NCBI GenBank assembly: GCA_965205605.1
Contig: CBDBHE010000007.1
Span: 128,001-192,000, forward strand
Length of the DNA: 64,000 bases
Source: Spirochaetota bacterium
GTDB taxonomy: Bacteria; Spirochaetota; UBA12135; COTS27; CBDBHE01
Reading direction: 5' to 3'
Shown one piece after another: positions 30,373-42,518 of the stretch. Position numbers and translations under genes: made by a program. The notes beneath the pieces were generated by a model. The model had not been told where the DNA came from, did no database searches, and saw nothing but the letters and a program-made list of their open reading frames with translations. The stretch's first letter is position 1. Each line of letters opens with the position of its first letter.

Positions 30373-31644
30373 ATGAACGTATTAATTATTGGGAGAGGAG
30401 GAAGAGAACACGCCATTAGTTTTTTTATTGCAAAAAGTCCTCTTTTAAAAAAACTCTATATCACTCCAGGAAATGCAGGCACCCTTTCTTTAGGAGACAA
30501 TATTTCCCTTCCTTTACATCCTCCTTGGAAAGAACTAATAGATTTTATCAAAAAAAATAAGATTAATTTTGTTGTTATTGGTCCAGAAAATTATTTATTG
30601 GAAGGACTAGCTGATTTTTTAAAAGAACAAAACATTCATGTTTTTGGGGTTTGTAAAAAAGCAACTCTTTTAGAAGGGTCAAAAAGCTATGCAAAAAAAC
30701 TCATGCAAGCTTATGACATTCCAACAGCTGATTACCAAGTCTTTGAAGAAATAAAATCTGCCAGGCAATATCTCGATGCTCAGCAAGCTCCTTTTGTCCT
30801 TAAAGCAGATGGGCTTTGTGCCGGAAAAGGAGTGATGATTTTAGAAACAAGAAAAGAAGCCAAAGAAGCTTTGAAACTTTATTTTGAAGAAAATAAATTT
30901 GGAGAAGCTGGAAAAAAAATTGTCATCGAATCTTTCTTATCAGGAAAAGAAGCTTCTATTTTAGCTTTTTGTGATGGTGAAAAATTCCGTTTCTTGCCCC
31001 CTTCTCAAGACCATAAACGAATCTTTGACCAAGACAAAGGGCCTAACACAGGTGGCATGGGGGTGTATTCGCCGCTTCCTTTTTTAAATCAAAATCATAT
31101 GTCTTTTATTAAAGAAAAAATCTTTAACCCTATTTTAAAAGCATTTAAAGAAAATCACATCGATTATAAAGGAATCCTTTATGCAGGTTTAATGATAAAA
31201 GAAAAAACGGTGAACGTTGTTGAGTTTAACGTTCGTTTTGGAGACCCAGAATGCCAATGCGTCTTGCCTCTTTTAGAAACCGATTTATTAGAATTAATGA
31301 CTCAATGTTGCTTAAATGAAATAGAAAAAAGCTCTTTTATATTAAAAGAGCAAGCCGCTTTAAATGTCGTTATGGCTTCAGGTGGCTATCCGGAAAAGTA
31401 TCAAACAGGACACTTGATTACAGGCCTAGAAAACATTAATCAAAAAGAAACTTTTGTGTTTCATGCCGGCACAAAACAAACCTCTGAAGGCACCTTCACA
31501 GCAGGAGGCAGAGTGCTTTCCATCACTGCATTAGGACACGATATAAAACAAGCTTCTAAAAAAGCTTATGAAACTATCAAAATGCTTTCTTTTAAAAATG
31601 CTCATTATCGTAACGATATCGGTTTTAAACAACCTTTAAAATGA
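30373..31644 (+). CDS. purD: phosphoribosylamine--glycine ligase
   Basis: IGRGGREHA, PGNAG, LEGSK, QDHKR, GPNTGGMG, EFNVRFGDPE, GGRVL. Confidence 0.97.
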   Translation: MNVLIIGRGGREHAISFFIAKSPLLKKLYITPGNAGTLSLGDNISLPLHPPWKELIDFIKKNKINFVVIGPENYLLEGLADFLKEQNIHVFGVCKKATLLEGSKSYAKKLMQAYDIPTADYQVFEEIKSARQYLDAQQAPFVLKADGLCAGKGVMILETRKEAKEALKLYFEENKFGEAGKKIVIESFLSGKEASILAFCDGEKFRFLPPSQDHKRIFDQDKGPNTGGMGVYSPLPFLNQNHMSFIKEKIFNPILKAFKENHIDYKGILYAGLMIKEKTVNVVEFNVRFGDPECQCVLPLLETDLLELMTQCCLNEIEKSSFILKEQAALNVVMASGGYPEKYQTGHLITGLENINQKETFVFHAGTKQTSEGTFTAGGRVLSITALGHDIKQASKKAYETIKMLSFKNAHYRNDIGFKQPLK

Positions 31645-32777
31645 AACAACCTATTGTTGGTATTTTAGGTGGGGGACAACTTGGAAAAATGTTGGCAATG
31701 AATCTTCACCGTTTAAACATTAAAACATTTATTTTAGACCCTACTGAAAACCCACCTTGTGCTTCGATGGGGGTTTACTTGATTAAAGGTGATTTTCTTG
31801 ATTATGAAGCAGTGCTTTCTTTCGGGAGAACCGTCGACATCCTAACCATCGAAATCGAACACGTCAATACTCAAGCTCTCAAACAACTTGAAAAAGAAGG
31901 AAAGAAAATTTATCCTGCTTCAAACATCATTGCCCTTATTCAAGATAAAGGAAAACAAAAAATATTTTATCAAAAAAATAAAATCCCTTCAGCAGATTTT
32001 AGTCTTTTTGAAAATGAAATCTCTCTTAAAAAAGCAGTTTTATCAAAAAAAATCGAGTTTCCTTTTATTCAAAAACTTAGAAAAATGGGATACGATGGTA
32101 AAGGAGTAAGACTCATTAATTCAAAAAAAGACCTTAAGCAAATCTTAAAAGGAAGTTGCTTAATTGAACAAAAAATAGAGATACACAAAGAATTTTCAAT
32201 GATTGTTGCAAGAAACAACAAAGGTGAAATCAAAATATTTCCAGCTGTAGAAATGATTTTTGATCCCAAAGCCAACCTTTTAGATAGCCTTTTTTGTCCT
32301 GCTTCATTAAAAAAAAAAACGTTAAACAAAGCCTCTCAAATCGCCTCTAAGCTTGCTAAATCTCTTAAGCTAAACGGCATCTTAGCCATCGAATTTTTTT
32401 TAGACCAAAAAGAAATCATCTATGTCAATGAAATCGCTCCAAGGCCTCATAATAGTGGTCACCACACCATTGAAAGCCTCTACACTTCTCAATATGATCA
32501 GTTGTCAAGAATTCTTTTAGGTTTTCCACTCGGTAATACAGGCATCAAAATGCCTTCTGTTATGATTAATATTTTAGGCAATCAAAAAAAAAATCAAAAC
32601 TATTTCCTTCAAATTGCCTCTAAACTTTCTTCTATTTCAGGGTGCTATGTCTATCTTTATGGAAAAGAAAATGTGCCTTATCGAAAATTAGGCCATGTTA
32701 CACTAATAGATAAAAATATAAAAAAATTAAAACAAAAAACTAATCTAGTCAAAAAAATTTTAAACCAAAATAAATGA
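31641..32777 (+). CDS. purK: N5-carboxyaminoimidazole ribonucleotide synthase
   Basis: [35 protein letters not shown]. Confidence 0.96.
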   Translation: MKQPIVGILGGGQLGKMLAMNLHRLNIKTFILDPTENPPCASMGVYLIKGDFLDYEAVLSFGRTVDILTIEIEHVNTQALKQLEKEGKKIYPASNIIALIQDKGKQKIFYQKNKIPSADFSLFENEISLKKAVLSKKIEFPFIQKLRKMGYDGKGVRLINSKKDLKQILKGSCLIEQKIEIHKEFSMIVARNNKGEIKIFPAVEMIFDPKANLLDSLFCPASLKKKTLNKASQIASKLAKSLKLNGILAIEFFLDQKEIIYVNEIAPRPHNSGHHTIESLYTSQYDQLSRILLGFPLGNTGIKMPSVMINILGNQKKNQNYFLQIASKLSSISGCYVYLYGKENVPYRKLGHVTLIDKNIKKLKQKTNLVKKILNQNK

Positions 32778-33289
32778 AACAAAAACAACTAGAAAAAAAA
32801 GTAGCCGTTATTATGGGAAGTGAGAGTGATTATCCAATTATGAAAGAGAGCGCAAAAACACTAAAAGACTTTGGTGTTAAAGTAGAAACCACCATCGTTT
32901 CAGCTCACCGTACACCTGATAGAATGTTTTCATTTGCAAAACAAGCTTGTAAAAAAAGATTTTCTGTTATCATTGCTGGAGCTGGCGGAGCGGCTCATCT
33001 ACCGGGTATGATCGCTTCATTAACCCCTTTACCGGTCATTGGAGTCCCAATTAAGGCAAAAGCTTTAGATGGTTTAGATTCTCTTCTTTCAATGGTTCAA
33101 ATGCCAAAAGGCATTCCAGTTGCAACGGTTGCTATTAATGGTAGTGTAAATGCTGCTTACTTGGCTCTTAGAATCCTCGGAACTCAAGACCTTGAAATAA
33201 GAAAAAAAAATGAATCTTTTTTAGAAACTCAAAAAAAACAAGTCGAAAAAGCAATTCAAAAAATAGAAAAAAAACTTAATCTCGATTAA
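32774..33289 (+). CDS. purE: N5-CAIR mutase
   Basis: [37 protein letters not shown]. Confidence 0.97.
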   Translation: MKQKQLEKKVAVIMGSESDYPIMKESAKTLKDFGVKVETTIVSAHRTPDRMFSFAKQACKKRFSVIIAGAGGAAHLPGMIASLTPLPVIGVPIKAKALDGLDSLLSMVQMPKGIPVATVAINGSVNAAYLALRILGTQDLEIRKKNESFLETQKKQVEKAIQKIEKKLNLD

Positions 33290-34460
33290 TTCGTATTTCA
33301 ACGCGTCTGTTTTTTTCTCGACCTTCTACTGTGTCATTGCTAGCAAGAGGAACACTTTCCCCCAACCCTTCATAATAAATCCTCAACTTTCCCCCTGAAA
33401 TCTTGTCAATCGCTTGCACCACTGATAACGCCCTCTTCGTTGAAAGTCTTTGATTATAATCATCCCCCCCTTCTCCGTCAGTATGCCCTATCACCGAAAT
33501 TTGATAATGCTTATACTTAAGTAAAATAGGGACTAAGTCTTCTAAAACTTTATAAGTCTTTTTATTTAATTTGTAATCATCGTGATCAAAAAGAATATTT
33601 TTTAAGCGAAATAAGATCCCTTTTTTATCATAAAGACTTTCAACTTGCTTCTTAGCAGAGGCATTTAAAGTAAATGCTTTAGAGACATCTTTGAGTGTTT
33701 GCTGCATTTGTTTATCTGTAATAGGAACTGTCACTTGATACGTGGCCGTCGATTGCATCACAATGGATTCAACTTGATCATCGTCTTTAAGATAAGTTTG
33801 ATGGTAATAACGAAGCTCATAAAGAGGAACCCCTTGATCCAAATCCCATTCTATGGTCCCTTCACAAGTAATAAGAATCTTCTTAATCCCAAAAGGATGT
33901 TTGATTTTCAGCTGATTTCCTACCTCTTCACTTAATTGATATTCATATCCAATGATGGCAACCTGCTTGTTATTTTTTTCAATCGTTTTTTTATAACGGT
34001 AATTAGCCATCCCTTGTATCGTAAGCTTAGGAGTGGTTTTTGAATAATGAATTTGTAAAGGAGCTTGCCAAGTACTCCCTTCCTCCACAGCTTGATTTGG
34101 AAAACTAGGAACCGATCTCACGTTAGGTTGCTCGGTTTCTTCTTCTACATAAAAACGACCCCGCTTATCAATAAAAAAAGAAGATTCTTTCGTTTGAATT
34201 AATTTAGAAGGGCTAAAAGGACTCCCTTCTAAAACTTTAAAAATACCTTTTAATCCGAATTTATTTGAAACTTCTTTAAAAACCTTCAGTTTAATATTGT
34301 TTTTTTCCCACCAATGTTTCTGGTAAAACCCATTGGTTTCAACCGTAACATAGCCCACAAGATCAATATCTAAAGCACTTCCCTGAGATAAATTCCACGT
34401 TAACTTTTTAGCATCACAAAAAACTAAAATTAAAAGAAGAAAAATGATAAAATATTTCAT
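33276..34460 (-). CDS. OmpA-family peptidoglycan-binding domain protein
   Basis: [29 protein letters not shown]; signal peptide. Confidence 0.88.
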   Translation of the reverse strand: MKYFIIFLLLILVFCDAKKLTWNLSQGSALDIDLVGYVTVETNGFYQKHWWEKNNIKLKVFKEVSNKFGLKGIFKVLEGSPFSPSKLIQTKESSFFIDKRGRFYVEEETEQPNVRSVPSFPNQAVEEGSTWQAPLQIHYSKTTPKLTIQGMANYRYKKTIEKNNKQVAIIGYEYQLSEEVGNQLKIKHPFGIKKILITCEGTIEWDLDQGVPLYELRYYHQTYLKDDDQVESIVMQSTATYQVTVPITDKQMQQTLKDVSKAFTLNASAKKQVESLYDKKGILFRLKNILFDHDDYKLNKKTYKVLEDLVPILLKYKHYQISVIGHTDGEGGDDYNQRLSTKRALSVVQAIDKISGGKLRIYYEGLGESVPLASNDTVEGREKNRRVEIRINRD

Positions 34461-34576
34461 TCAAAACCTATTTTTTAGGCTAACATTTTTTTTACTTAAA
34501 GTCGATGGTATAATATAGAATCATTCCATTTTTACGATAAAAAGTTATAATAAAGATTATAAATGTATTCAAAAAA

Positions 34577-35599
34577 ATGAAAAAAAATCTTTATAAAACA
34601 AAATTAACCTTTACTTGTGTTATTTTTACCTCTGCTTTTATTTTCAATGCTTGTACCAATTCTTTTTTAGGTCCCGCACAAGTTAATAGCTACAACTATG
34701 ATAGTATGAGCACTGAAGAGCTTTTAGAACTTGCCCAGTCTTATTACTTATCAGCCCACAACCGAAACAATGAACAAGAAATCAGACTGTCTTCATCTAG
34801 ATCGATTTATGACTATCTTTTAGAAGAACGAATTGGCACTTTAAGAGAAAATAAAGCAAGCTTACATAAAACCGTAGATGGGTATGTTGCTGTTACTAGT
34901 GAAATTTTCATTGGTAACAAAAGTTTCATTGCTCTTTTATTTTCTGCTTTTGAAGGCTTTGATGAAAATAGCCTGTCATTTACCAATGAAAAAGCAGCCG
35001 ATTTTCAAAATTCAATAAAGGGTTTACGGCCTATTTTTCATCGCGATATTTTAAAAGGAGCTCTTTACCAGATCCCACTACAAGATCGTACTGAAGGGAT
35101 TTTTGCTTTTATTAGCTTGTTCAACGCGGCTGTTTTAATATCTGATTTTATTAGTTTCTTAAATTTTATTGAAGACATCCCTTCAAGGGTCCAAACAGTC
35201 CTATCAAATGTCACTCGCCTCAATGAGATTGTAGCCGAAATCAATGGACTCCCAGCTATGGTAATGTCAATGATGATTACTCTTGACGAATCAACCATGA
35301 TGGCAACAAGACTTAGAGAGGAAGGCACTCCTTTACTGGAAACCACTCAAAGTGAAATCACAGATATTAATGATATTATTACAACAGAGATTGATGAGCT
35401 CCTTGATAACATCAATGAAATCATCACTGAAATAGAAAATGAAACAACAGGCGCTGATAATCCAATCTCCTCAGCAATTAATAGTGCCCTCGAGCCTTTA
35501 AAAACAACGCTTCAAGATATAAAAACACAATTAGACACGGTTTCAACCACTGCTTCAAGTGACCTTGCTCAAATCATGCTTCCTGTAATTCCTCAATGA
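34577..35599 (+). CDS. hypothetical lipoprotein, alpha-helical/coiled-coil
   Basis: lipobox-like FNAC, acidic amphipathic helical C-terminus. Confidence 0.6.
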   Translation: MKKNLYKTKLTFTCVIFTSAFIFNACTNSFLGPAQVNSYNYDSMSTEELLELAQSYYLSAHNRNNEQEIRLSSSRSIYDYLLEERIGTLRENKASLHKTVDGYVAVTSEIFIGNKSFIALLFSAFEGFDENSLSFTNEKAADFQNSIKGLRPIFHRDILKGALYQIPLQDRTEGIFAFISLFNAAVLISDFISFLNFIEDIPSRVQTVLSNVTRLNEIVAEINGLPAMVMSMMITLDESTMMATRLREEGTPLLETTQSEITDINDIITTEIDELLDNINEIITEIENETTGADNPISSAINSALEPLKTTLQDIKTQLDTVSTTASSDLAQIMLPVIPQ

Positions 35600-36834
35600 T
35601 ATCGCTTAATTTTTCTAAATATTTTTTTATTCTGTTTTTTTATATTTTCACTTCATTTCTAAATGGTCAATTATATCGACACCGAAGCCCTGAAATTTTA
35701 TCCCCTAGAGATAAAGGCATGGGTGGCAGTCACACAGCAACAGGAAATGATTTTTATCTTCTTTGGGCAAATCCAGCTCTTATCGCTAATGAAAAACGGC
35801 TTCTGAAAACTCGCCCTAAAGAAGCCATTTATCAAATTTTTAATCTAGAATTAGGGATTCCTTATAGTTTTATACCTGCTTTAACCGAAATCTCTTCGGT
35901 TTTTGAAGGACTTTCTACTACCGAAAATAGTTTTTTAGAGCTTACAAAAACAACCCGTATTATTGATCGTTTACCTTTAGGACTTTACACCCAACCTCCT
36001 TTGAGCTTTGGAGTCATTGGTCATCGGTGGGGATTTTCTCTGGCAAGCCATAGTGAGTTTTTTTTGACCGCCTCTGGAGGACTACTACCTTCTATTTATT
36101 TTGATATTTCTGCTGGGTTTGATGCAAAGCTTGGATTTTCACCTTTAATTTTATCATTATTTGAAAAAGATGACTTTAAAACAGGGATAGCTGTAAAAGG
36201 ATTAGGGTTTGTTTTTTCTAAGCCTAATCTATCTACTATAGATTTACTTTCTTTTTTTCCCGATCTTCAAATCGATATTCTAGTAGAAGCTGTTTTAGAA
36301 ACACAAACAACTGGTTTTGGATTTGGTTTAGATACAGGGATTCTTTTTGATTTTTTTAAAAATTTCACCCTTGGGGTTGCTATTATTGATATCTTCACTC
36401 CTTTTTATTCAATCGAAAGAGAAGATATCAAAAGTATTAATGTCCTCCCTTCTACTCATACCTTTTCATTTCTATATCCTAACCTCAAAATGGGTCTAGC
36501 CTATCGTTTTCCCGAGCATCCTTTTTTCTTATTTAAAAATGGGGTCTTATCTTTTGACCTCCATCATTTATATGATGATACCTATACAATAGGAAAACAA
36601 TTACATATTGGAACATCTGTAGATATCTTTGATATTGGTCTTATAGGGGCAAATACAGCCGCTGGTTTCAATCAAGGCTACTTTACCTTTTCAACAACTT
36701 TAAAACTACCTGGTTTCCTTTTTTTAATCCCCCCTTCTTACTTCAGCTATACATTCTATCAAAAAGAGCTCGGTCGTTACGCTAATAGTTACGCTAGATC
36801 TCTCCATATCTTAAGTTTTTCTATGAAATTTTAA
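35596..36834 (+). CDS. putative outer-membrane beta-barrel protein (TraF/PorV/FadL-like N-terminus)
   Basis: SPR..GMGG..TA...D..LWANPA, GFGFGLDTG, GFNQGYFT, terminal F. Confidence 0.65.
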   Translation: MISLNFSKYFFILFFYIFTSFLNGQLYRHRSPEILSPRDKGMGGSHTATGNDFYLLWANPALIANEKRLLKTRPKEAIYQIFNLELGIPYSFIPALTEISSVFEGLSTTENSFLELTKTTRIIDRLPLGLYTQPPLSFGVIGHRWGFSLASHSEFFLTASGGLLPSIYFDISAGFDAKLGFSPLILSLFEKDDFKTGIAVKGLGFVFSKPNLSTIDLLSFFPDLQIDILVEAVLETQTTGFGFGLDTGILFDFFKNFTLGVAIIDIFTPFYSIEREDIKSINVLPSTHTFSFLYPNLKMGLAYRFPEHPFFLFKNGVLSFDLHHLYDDTYTIGKQLHIGTSVDIFDIGLIGANTAAGFNQGYFTFSTTLKLPGFLFLIPPSYFSYTFYQKELGRYANSYARSLHILSFSMKF

Positions 36835-36884
36835 ATAAAATATAGTACCCTTAGTAATTAAAAATTTTCATACAAGGAAGCAAA

Positions 36885-38077
36885 ATGAATCATAATAAAT
36901 TATTTTACATTTTAACCCTTTGTTTTTGTGGTTTTATTCTTCTTTTAGGCTGCTTCATTGTGGATCAAATCATTGCTAAAAGAAGACCTTTTTTACTAAG
37001 CAACAGCGGGTCTAAATTTTCAACTTATCATCGCATTGCTACCTTGCGTGAACGTAAAATCAACACAACGTTTGAATATAAAATCTATCAAGACGAGTCT
37101 GAAATCCCTATAGACAATAAAATAAACTTTCTCACAACCGACTCCAATGGAATGCAAGTCAATCCTTATAATCAAACACTTGAAAAAACCAACCCAAAAA
37201 GCAAACTGATGATTTTTTTTGGCGGATCCACAACAGAATGTGTTTTTGTACAGCAAAAAAATAGATACCCTCGACTCATTTCTAAAATTCTTACCGAAAA
37301 ATACAACCTCCCCATACGCACCATCAATGCAAGTGTCAGCGGAGCAACAACACGAGGCTCCATTATTGCTCTATACGCCAAAGGCATCCCTCTAAAACCA
37401 AAATATGTTGTTTTACACCTGCCGTTAATGACGCTACTTTTTTATTGGCTAATGACCATTACTGGAGTAAGAATGCCCAGGATCGTTCTCTGATCAAAGA
37501 AGCACCACTATTAAAGAAAAACCGTGCTACTTTTAAAGAAACTTATCAGGTTTTTATAAGAGCCACTTTCCCTTTTTTACATAAAAAAATCAACCTTGTG
37601 ATTAAAAATCTCATCCATGGTAATAAACCCAGATCCACTGAAAATTATGGGCCTTTAAAAAAAAAAAAAATTATTCGTTCTAATGATACCCAAAGGTTTA
37701 TTGAAATATACCGAAAAAATGTACTTACTTTTATTGCCATAGCAAGAGCTAATGAAATCAAGCCTATTTTAATGACTCAAGCCAATCGATACACCCTTTC
37801 TACATCAAAATGGGTCAAAAATTTCACCATAAAAGAAATCGCTGAAAAAAATATCAAAATGTCTTATGAGCAATGGGTGAGTTTTTACAAAAAGATCAAT
37901 CAAACAACCCGTCAAATAGCCCTTAAAGAAAATATCCTGTTACTTGATATGGATAAAAAATTCACTAAAGAAGATCCATCACTTATTTATGATGGGATAC
38001 ACTATACAAGCAAAGGCTCTAAAATGGCTGCAACGATCATTGCTAAAGATCTCGCTCAAGGGTTATTGGATTATTAA
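36885..38077 (+). CDS. SGNH/GDSL hydrolase family protein; frameshift near 37418
   Basis: FFGGSTT block I, INASVSG block II, AVND block III across the shift, DGIHYT block V. Confidence 0.8.
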
Positions 38078-38098
38078 AAAAAATAAAATTGGATGATT

Positions 38099-40010
38099 TT
38101 AATCTAAGGCAAATGTTTGTTGCCATTTGTCTTTTTCACTCCATTTTTTTTGATCTTCTTTAAGAAAAATAAGGTCTTCAATCACCAAAATATCCATTTC
38201 CGTACGCATAAAACATCGATAGCTGTCTTGTGGGGTCAAAACTATGGGTTCTCCTCTTACATTAAAAGAAGTGTTGATTACAATAGGGCAGTGTGTTTTA
38301 TCTTTAAAGGTTTTAATAAGAGCGTAGTAAAATGGATTTGTTTTTTGATCAACTGTTTGTATTCTAGCAGAATAATCCACATGAGTGATCGATGGTAAAG
38401 ACGAACGCTTTTCCTTTAATAAATCAATCCCAAAAAGATGTTTGTTTTTCTGTAAAGCAAGACGCTGTTTTTCATGAATTGGAGCCACAAACAACATATA
38501 AGGCGAGGCGTATTCATAATTTTTTTTTGTATTTTTTCGACAAAGATCAAAATAAGCACTAACATCTTCTTCTAAAATACTAGGAGCAAAGGGTCTAAAA
38601 CTTTCTCGATACTTAATTTTTAAATTTAAAATAGATTGCATTTTTTCATTACGAGGATCTGCGATAATACTTCTAGCCCCCAAAGCACGTGGTCCAAACT
38701 CGGCTCTTCCTTGATGCCACCCAATTACTTTGCCTAAAGTAAGGTAATCTGTGATTTTATCAAGTAATTCTTTTTGATTCTTTGCCTTAGAATAAACAGC
38801 TTGATAAGATTTTAATTGTTTGATAGCTTGCTTGGGAGTAAAACTAGGCCCTAAATAAGAACCTTCCATCGTATCCTCATTTTTAAATAATTTTCTAGGG
38901 CATTTGAGATGATCATAATAAGTAGCAAGCGCAGCTCCTAAAGCTCCCCCTGCATCACCTGCAGCCGGCTGGACCCAAATAGAATCATAAATATTTTCAA
39001 ATAGTAATTTTCCATTAGCAACACAATTAAGCGCCACTCCCCCTGCAAGACAAAGATGTTTTGCTTTTGTTTTTTGATACGCATGTTTTGCTATTTTGAT
39101 CAAAATTTCTTCAATAACTTTTTGTACAGAACAAGCCAAATCCATTTCTTTTTGGGTAATAGGGCTTTCTAATTTTCTTGGATTTCCTCTAAAAAGACGA
39201 TGAAATTTTCTAGAAGTCATCTTAAGGCCTGTTGTATAATCGAAGTAGGTCATATCAAGCCTAAAAGATCCATCTTGCTTAATATCAATAAGATGTTTTT
39301 TTATCGTTTCTACATAAACAGGCCTCCCATAAGGAGCAAGTCCCATGACTTTATATTCTCCACTATTAACTTTAAAGCCTGTGTAGTAAGTAATGGCACT
39401 ATATAAAAGCCCAAGTGAATGAGGAAAAGTAACTTCTGATAAAAATTCTATTTTATTGTCTTTTCCATAAGCTAAAGAAGTCGTCGTCCACTCTCCCACT
39501 CCATCAATGGTTAAAATAGCTGCTTTTTTATATGGGGAAGGGTAAAAAGCAGAAGCTGCATGAGAGTGATGGTGTTTTGCAAAAAGTAGCTTTTCTTTTA
39601 GATTATTTTTGTATTTTTCAGTTTCTTTTTTTAGAAGAAAAAATCTTTTGAGGCTCTTTTGTCAAAGCAAACAAGTGATCGATTAAAATTTTTTTTAAAA
39701 ATAACTTTTCTTTAATCCATATAGGAATCGCTTTTAAAAAACTTTTGTATCCTTTTGGAGCTTCTGTTAAATAAGTTTCTAATAGCCGTTCAAATTTCAA
39801 AAAAGGTTTTTCATAAAAGGTAATATAATCTACTTGAAAAAGAGAAATATTTGCTTGCTTTAAACAATAATTTATTGCATTTTTTGGAAACTGAAGATCA
39901 TGTTTTTTACGTGTAAAGCGCTCTTCCTCAACGGCTGCAATAATTTTTTCGTCTTTAATGATACACGCAGCACTATCATGATAATAAGCAGAAATTCCTA
40001 AAATAAACAT
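38099..40010 (-). CDS. carbamoyltransferase (CmcH/NodU family); frameshift near 39620-39645
   Basis: ILGISAYYHDSAA, EEERFTRKKH, HHHSHAASAF, DGVGEW, GEYKVMGLAPYG, AGGVALNCVANG, EFGPRALG.RS, NTSFNVRGEP. Confidence 0.92.
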
Positions 40011-40023
40011 CTAAAAAAAAATA

Positions 40024-40185
40024 TTAAAATAGGGTGTATATAAAAGGGGCCAAAGCCGAGCCTTCTGATAAAACAAGAATAACCCCTAATAAAAGCATTA
40101 TGATAATAATAGGAGCAAGCCAAATCTTTTTTCTAATTTTTAAAAAAAGCCAAAAAGGCGAATTTGAAACACTTGTTATTCTCAA
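40024..40185 (-). CDS. small membrane protein DUF5989/SxtK-like (53 aa, not in ORF track)
   Basis: FWLFLKIRKKIWLAPIIII...GSALAPFIYTLF directly upstream of the carbamoyltransferase; start codon uncertain. Confidence 0.85.
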   Translation of the reverse strand: MRITSVSNSPFWLFLKIRKKIWLAPIIIIMLLLGVILVLSEGSALAPFIYTLF

Positions 40186-40293
40186 TGAATCATTATACTT
40201 TTAAAGTAATTTTTTTAACAAAAAATAAAAAAAAAATTGATTTGAATTTCATGAGTCTAAATGGTATATTTATAAAACTTTAGGAGGATTATT

Positions 40294-41295
40294 ATGTTAA
40301 AAAAAATTATTTTTATCCCTGTTTTACTTATTTCTATTTCTTTTGCTGGGCCTAGGGAAGATGCTGAAAAAAACTTATCTTCTTTTCTAGGAGGAGTGGA
40401 TCAATTTTTTGCTGATTCTCTTTTTGAACAACTGCCAAGTGCTTCTAGTGTAGGGGCTCTTTCAAGTATTGAGTATGGGATCAATCCTATTTTTAATTTT
40501 TCTCTTCGCTTTCCCCTTTACATTTCATTTTCCAAAATAAATACCGACAGACTTTCAAAAAGCCTCGGAGATGAGCTTTATAATTCTCTTTTAGACACAG
40601 GAGATATCGATGAAGAAATTCTAAAAAACATTCCTTTTCCTTTATTTAATTTTTATGGAGATTTCCATGTAAAATTAGGCAATCTTTTCCCCATTCCTTT
40701 CTTAAAAAAAATGGATTTTGGCTTTAAACTTTCTTATCTTTTTCTTCCATTACCCTTACTCAATGAAGGAAGTGATAATATTAACATCAATATTACTGGG
40801 TTAAATTTTGGACCTTCTCTTCGTTATAAAATATTCAAATCACCTCTTCTCAATATTGCTTTAAGAGGCTCTTATAATATTCTCAAAGGAGCCATTGATC
40901 AATCTTATGCTTTAGACAACTTTTCTCTTGAAGATGGTTTCAAAGCAAGCTTTGAAACAACGATTAAAAATGATTTTAATTTAGATACTCTTGATTTTAG
41001 CGTCATAGGAGAAGTCGACCTCAAAGTTATTAAAGGATTTATAGGAGTGGGGAATATTTTTATTATTAATCACAACTACCAAAATGAAAGAAAATCAATT
41101 GAGTTAAGCTATACAGGGACTGGCAACATTAGTGGAAAAACAGATTTTTTTATTGACCCATATGATCCAAAAATCGATGAAATTTCCATTGCTAAATTAA
41201 TGTTGGGGGTTTCTCTTTTTGGCTTTGAGCTTCATGGAGAAATCGATCAAAGATCAAACATTGCTTTTGGGGCTTTTTTAACAATTGCTATTTAA
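40294..41295 (+). CDS. hypothetical exported protein, probable outer-membrane beta-barrel
   Basis: AGGAGG RBS, signal peptide, alternating amphipathic strands in C-half. Confidence 0.55.
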   Translation: MLKKIIFIPVLLISISFAGPREDAEKNLSSFLGGVDQFFADSLFEQLPSASSVGALSSIEYGINPIFNFSLRFPLYISFSKINTDRLSKSLGDELYNSLLDTGDIDEEILKNIPFPLFNFYGDFHVKLGNLFPIPFLKKMDFGFKLSYLFLPLPLLNEGSDNININITGLNFGPSLRYKIFKSPLLNIALRGSYNILKGAIDQSYALDNFSLEDGFKASFETTIKNDFNLDTLDFSVIGEVDLKVIKGFIGVGNIFIINHNYQNERKSIELSYTGTGNISGKTDFFIDPYDPKIDEISIAKLMLGVSLFGFELHGEIDQRSNIAFGAFLTIAI

Positions 41296-41310
41296 TTTGA
41301 CACTCTTTTT

Positions 41311-42497
41311 TTAAGTAAAAAAAAATTGATCTAATAAACACTGACTTAAGTGCAAATTGTTTTGAGTTTCTTGGTAAAAATCTTTTTCACCCAACACATA
41401 TGCCCTAGGAGCTTTTTTTAAAACAAGGTCTTCTTTTCTGTTTAAAATGATTCCTTGATAACCTTTTTTTAAATAGAGTTTGCCTTTTTGAAGTAAAGCT
41501 TGCTTTGAAAGACCTACTTCATACTTAAAAACGAGCATGTTTAATTTTGAATAACGTGATCGAATCTTATCAATAATTTTTTCTGTTTTTGTTAAAGAAA
41601 GCGTGATTTTATCAGAAGAAATTTTTTCTTTTAATGAAGCGTCTTTCCACTCGTAATCACTTACGGCAGCAGAAAAAATACTCAAATCAAAAGAATAATT
41701 TTGAAGATAGTGAGAAACTTTTTTAAAATAATCATCATAATCTTCAAAAAAAATAGGTTTTAAATAAGAATAAGGACAATCTATACTTTTATGCAACAAC
41801 AAAAAAACATCCGCTCCCTTACAATAAGCTTTTTGAGCAATTGTAATCGCTGTTGTACCTGAGCCTTCATTTGAAAGAAACCTTACTCCATCAATAGGGG
41901 TAGGGACAGCTCCTCCTGTAATGAGTATTTTTTTTTCCATTTTTTTATAAGAAGATAAATGATGACAAAGTAGAGCTGTAATAAAGTCAGGAGTTGGTAT
42001 TTTTTGTTTATCTTCTGCTTGTTGTCCTTCGATAAAAATAGCTCCCTTTTCTTTAAGAGTTTGCAAGTGATCAATATAAAAAGGATTTTTAGCAAGACTA
42101 ACATGCATCGCGGGAACAAGAAAAAGAGGTTTTTTCATTCCTATGGCACTAGCGGCTAAAGTCATTAAAAGGCTATCCATAATGCCATGGCTTATTTTAC
42201 TAGCCGAATTAGCCGTTAAAGGAGCTATTAACAACGCATCTTCTCTAAGAAGATGCTCTGCTAACCCTGTAAAGTTAGAAACAACTTTTTGAGCAGTTGC
42301 CCATTCTAAAGCCATTTTTCTAATAAAAAAGCAATGCTTTTTTAGAAGGATACGCCTTTACTAAAGCTCCGTGCCGTCTTAATTCTCTAGCTATTTTAGG
42401 GCTTTCAATCGCTGCAATACTGCCACAAACTCCTAAAGCAATTTTTTGTATCAATTAATTCATTACCCAATAGATCTACACTTAAATCATCTTTCAT
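41311..42497 (-). CDS. coaBC: bifunctional phosphopantothenoylcysteine decarboxylase/ligase; two homopolymer frameshifts near 42325 and 42445
   Basis: IALGVCGSIAA upstream in shifted frame, IAPLTAN, PAMH, ILITGG, IDGVRFLSN.GSG, AAVSDY. Confidence 0.85.
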
Positions 42498-42518
42498 GGG
42501 AGTGAGCGTAAGTAAAGC

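Noticed and set aside
38099-40185. Saxitoxin biosynthesis cluster
   Set aside because: Only sxtI/K-like homologs are present; no sxtA, sxtG or other core genes in the window.
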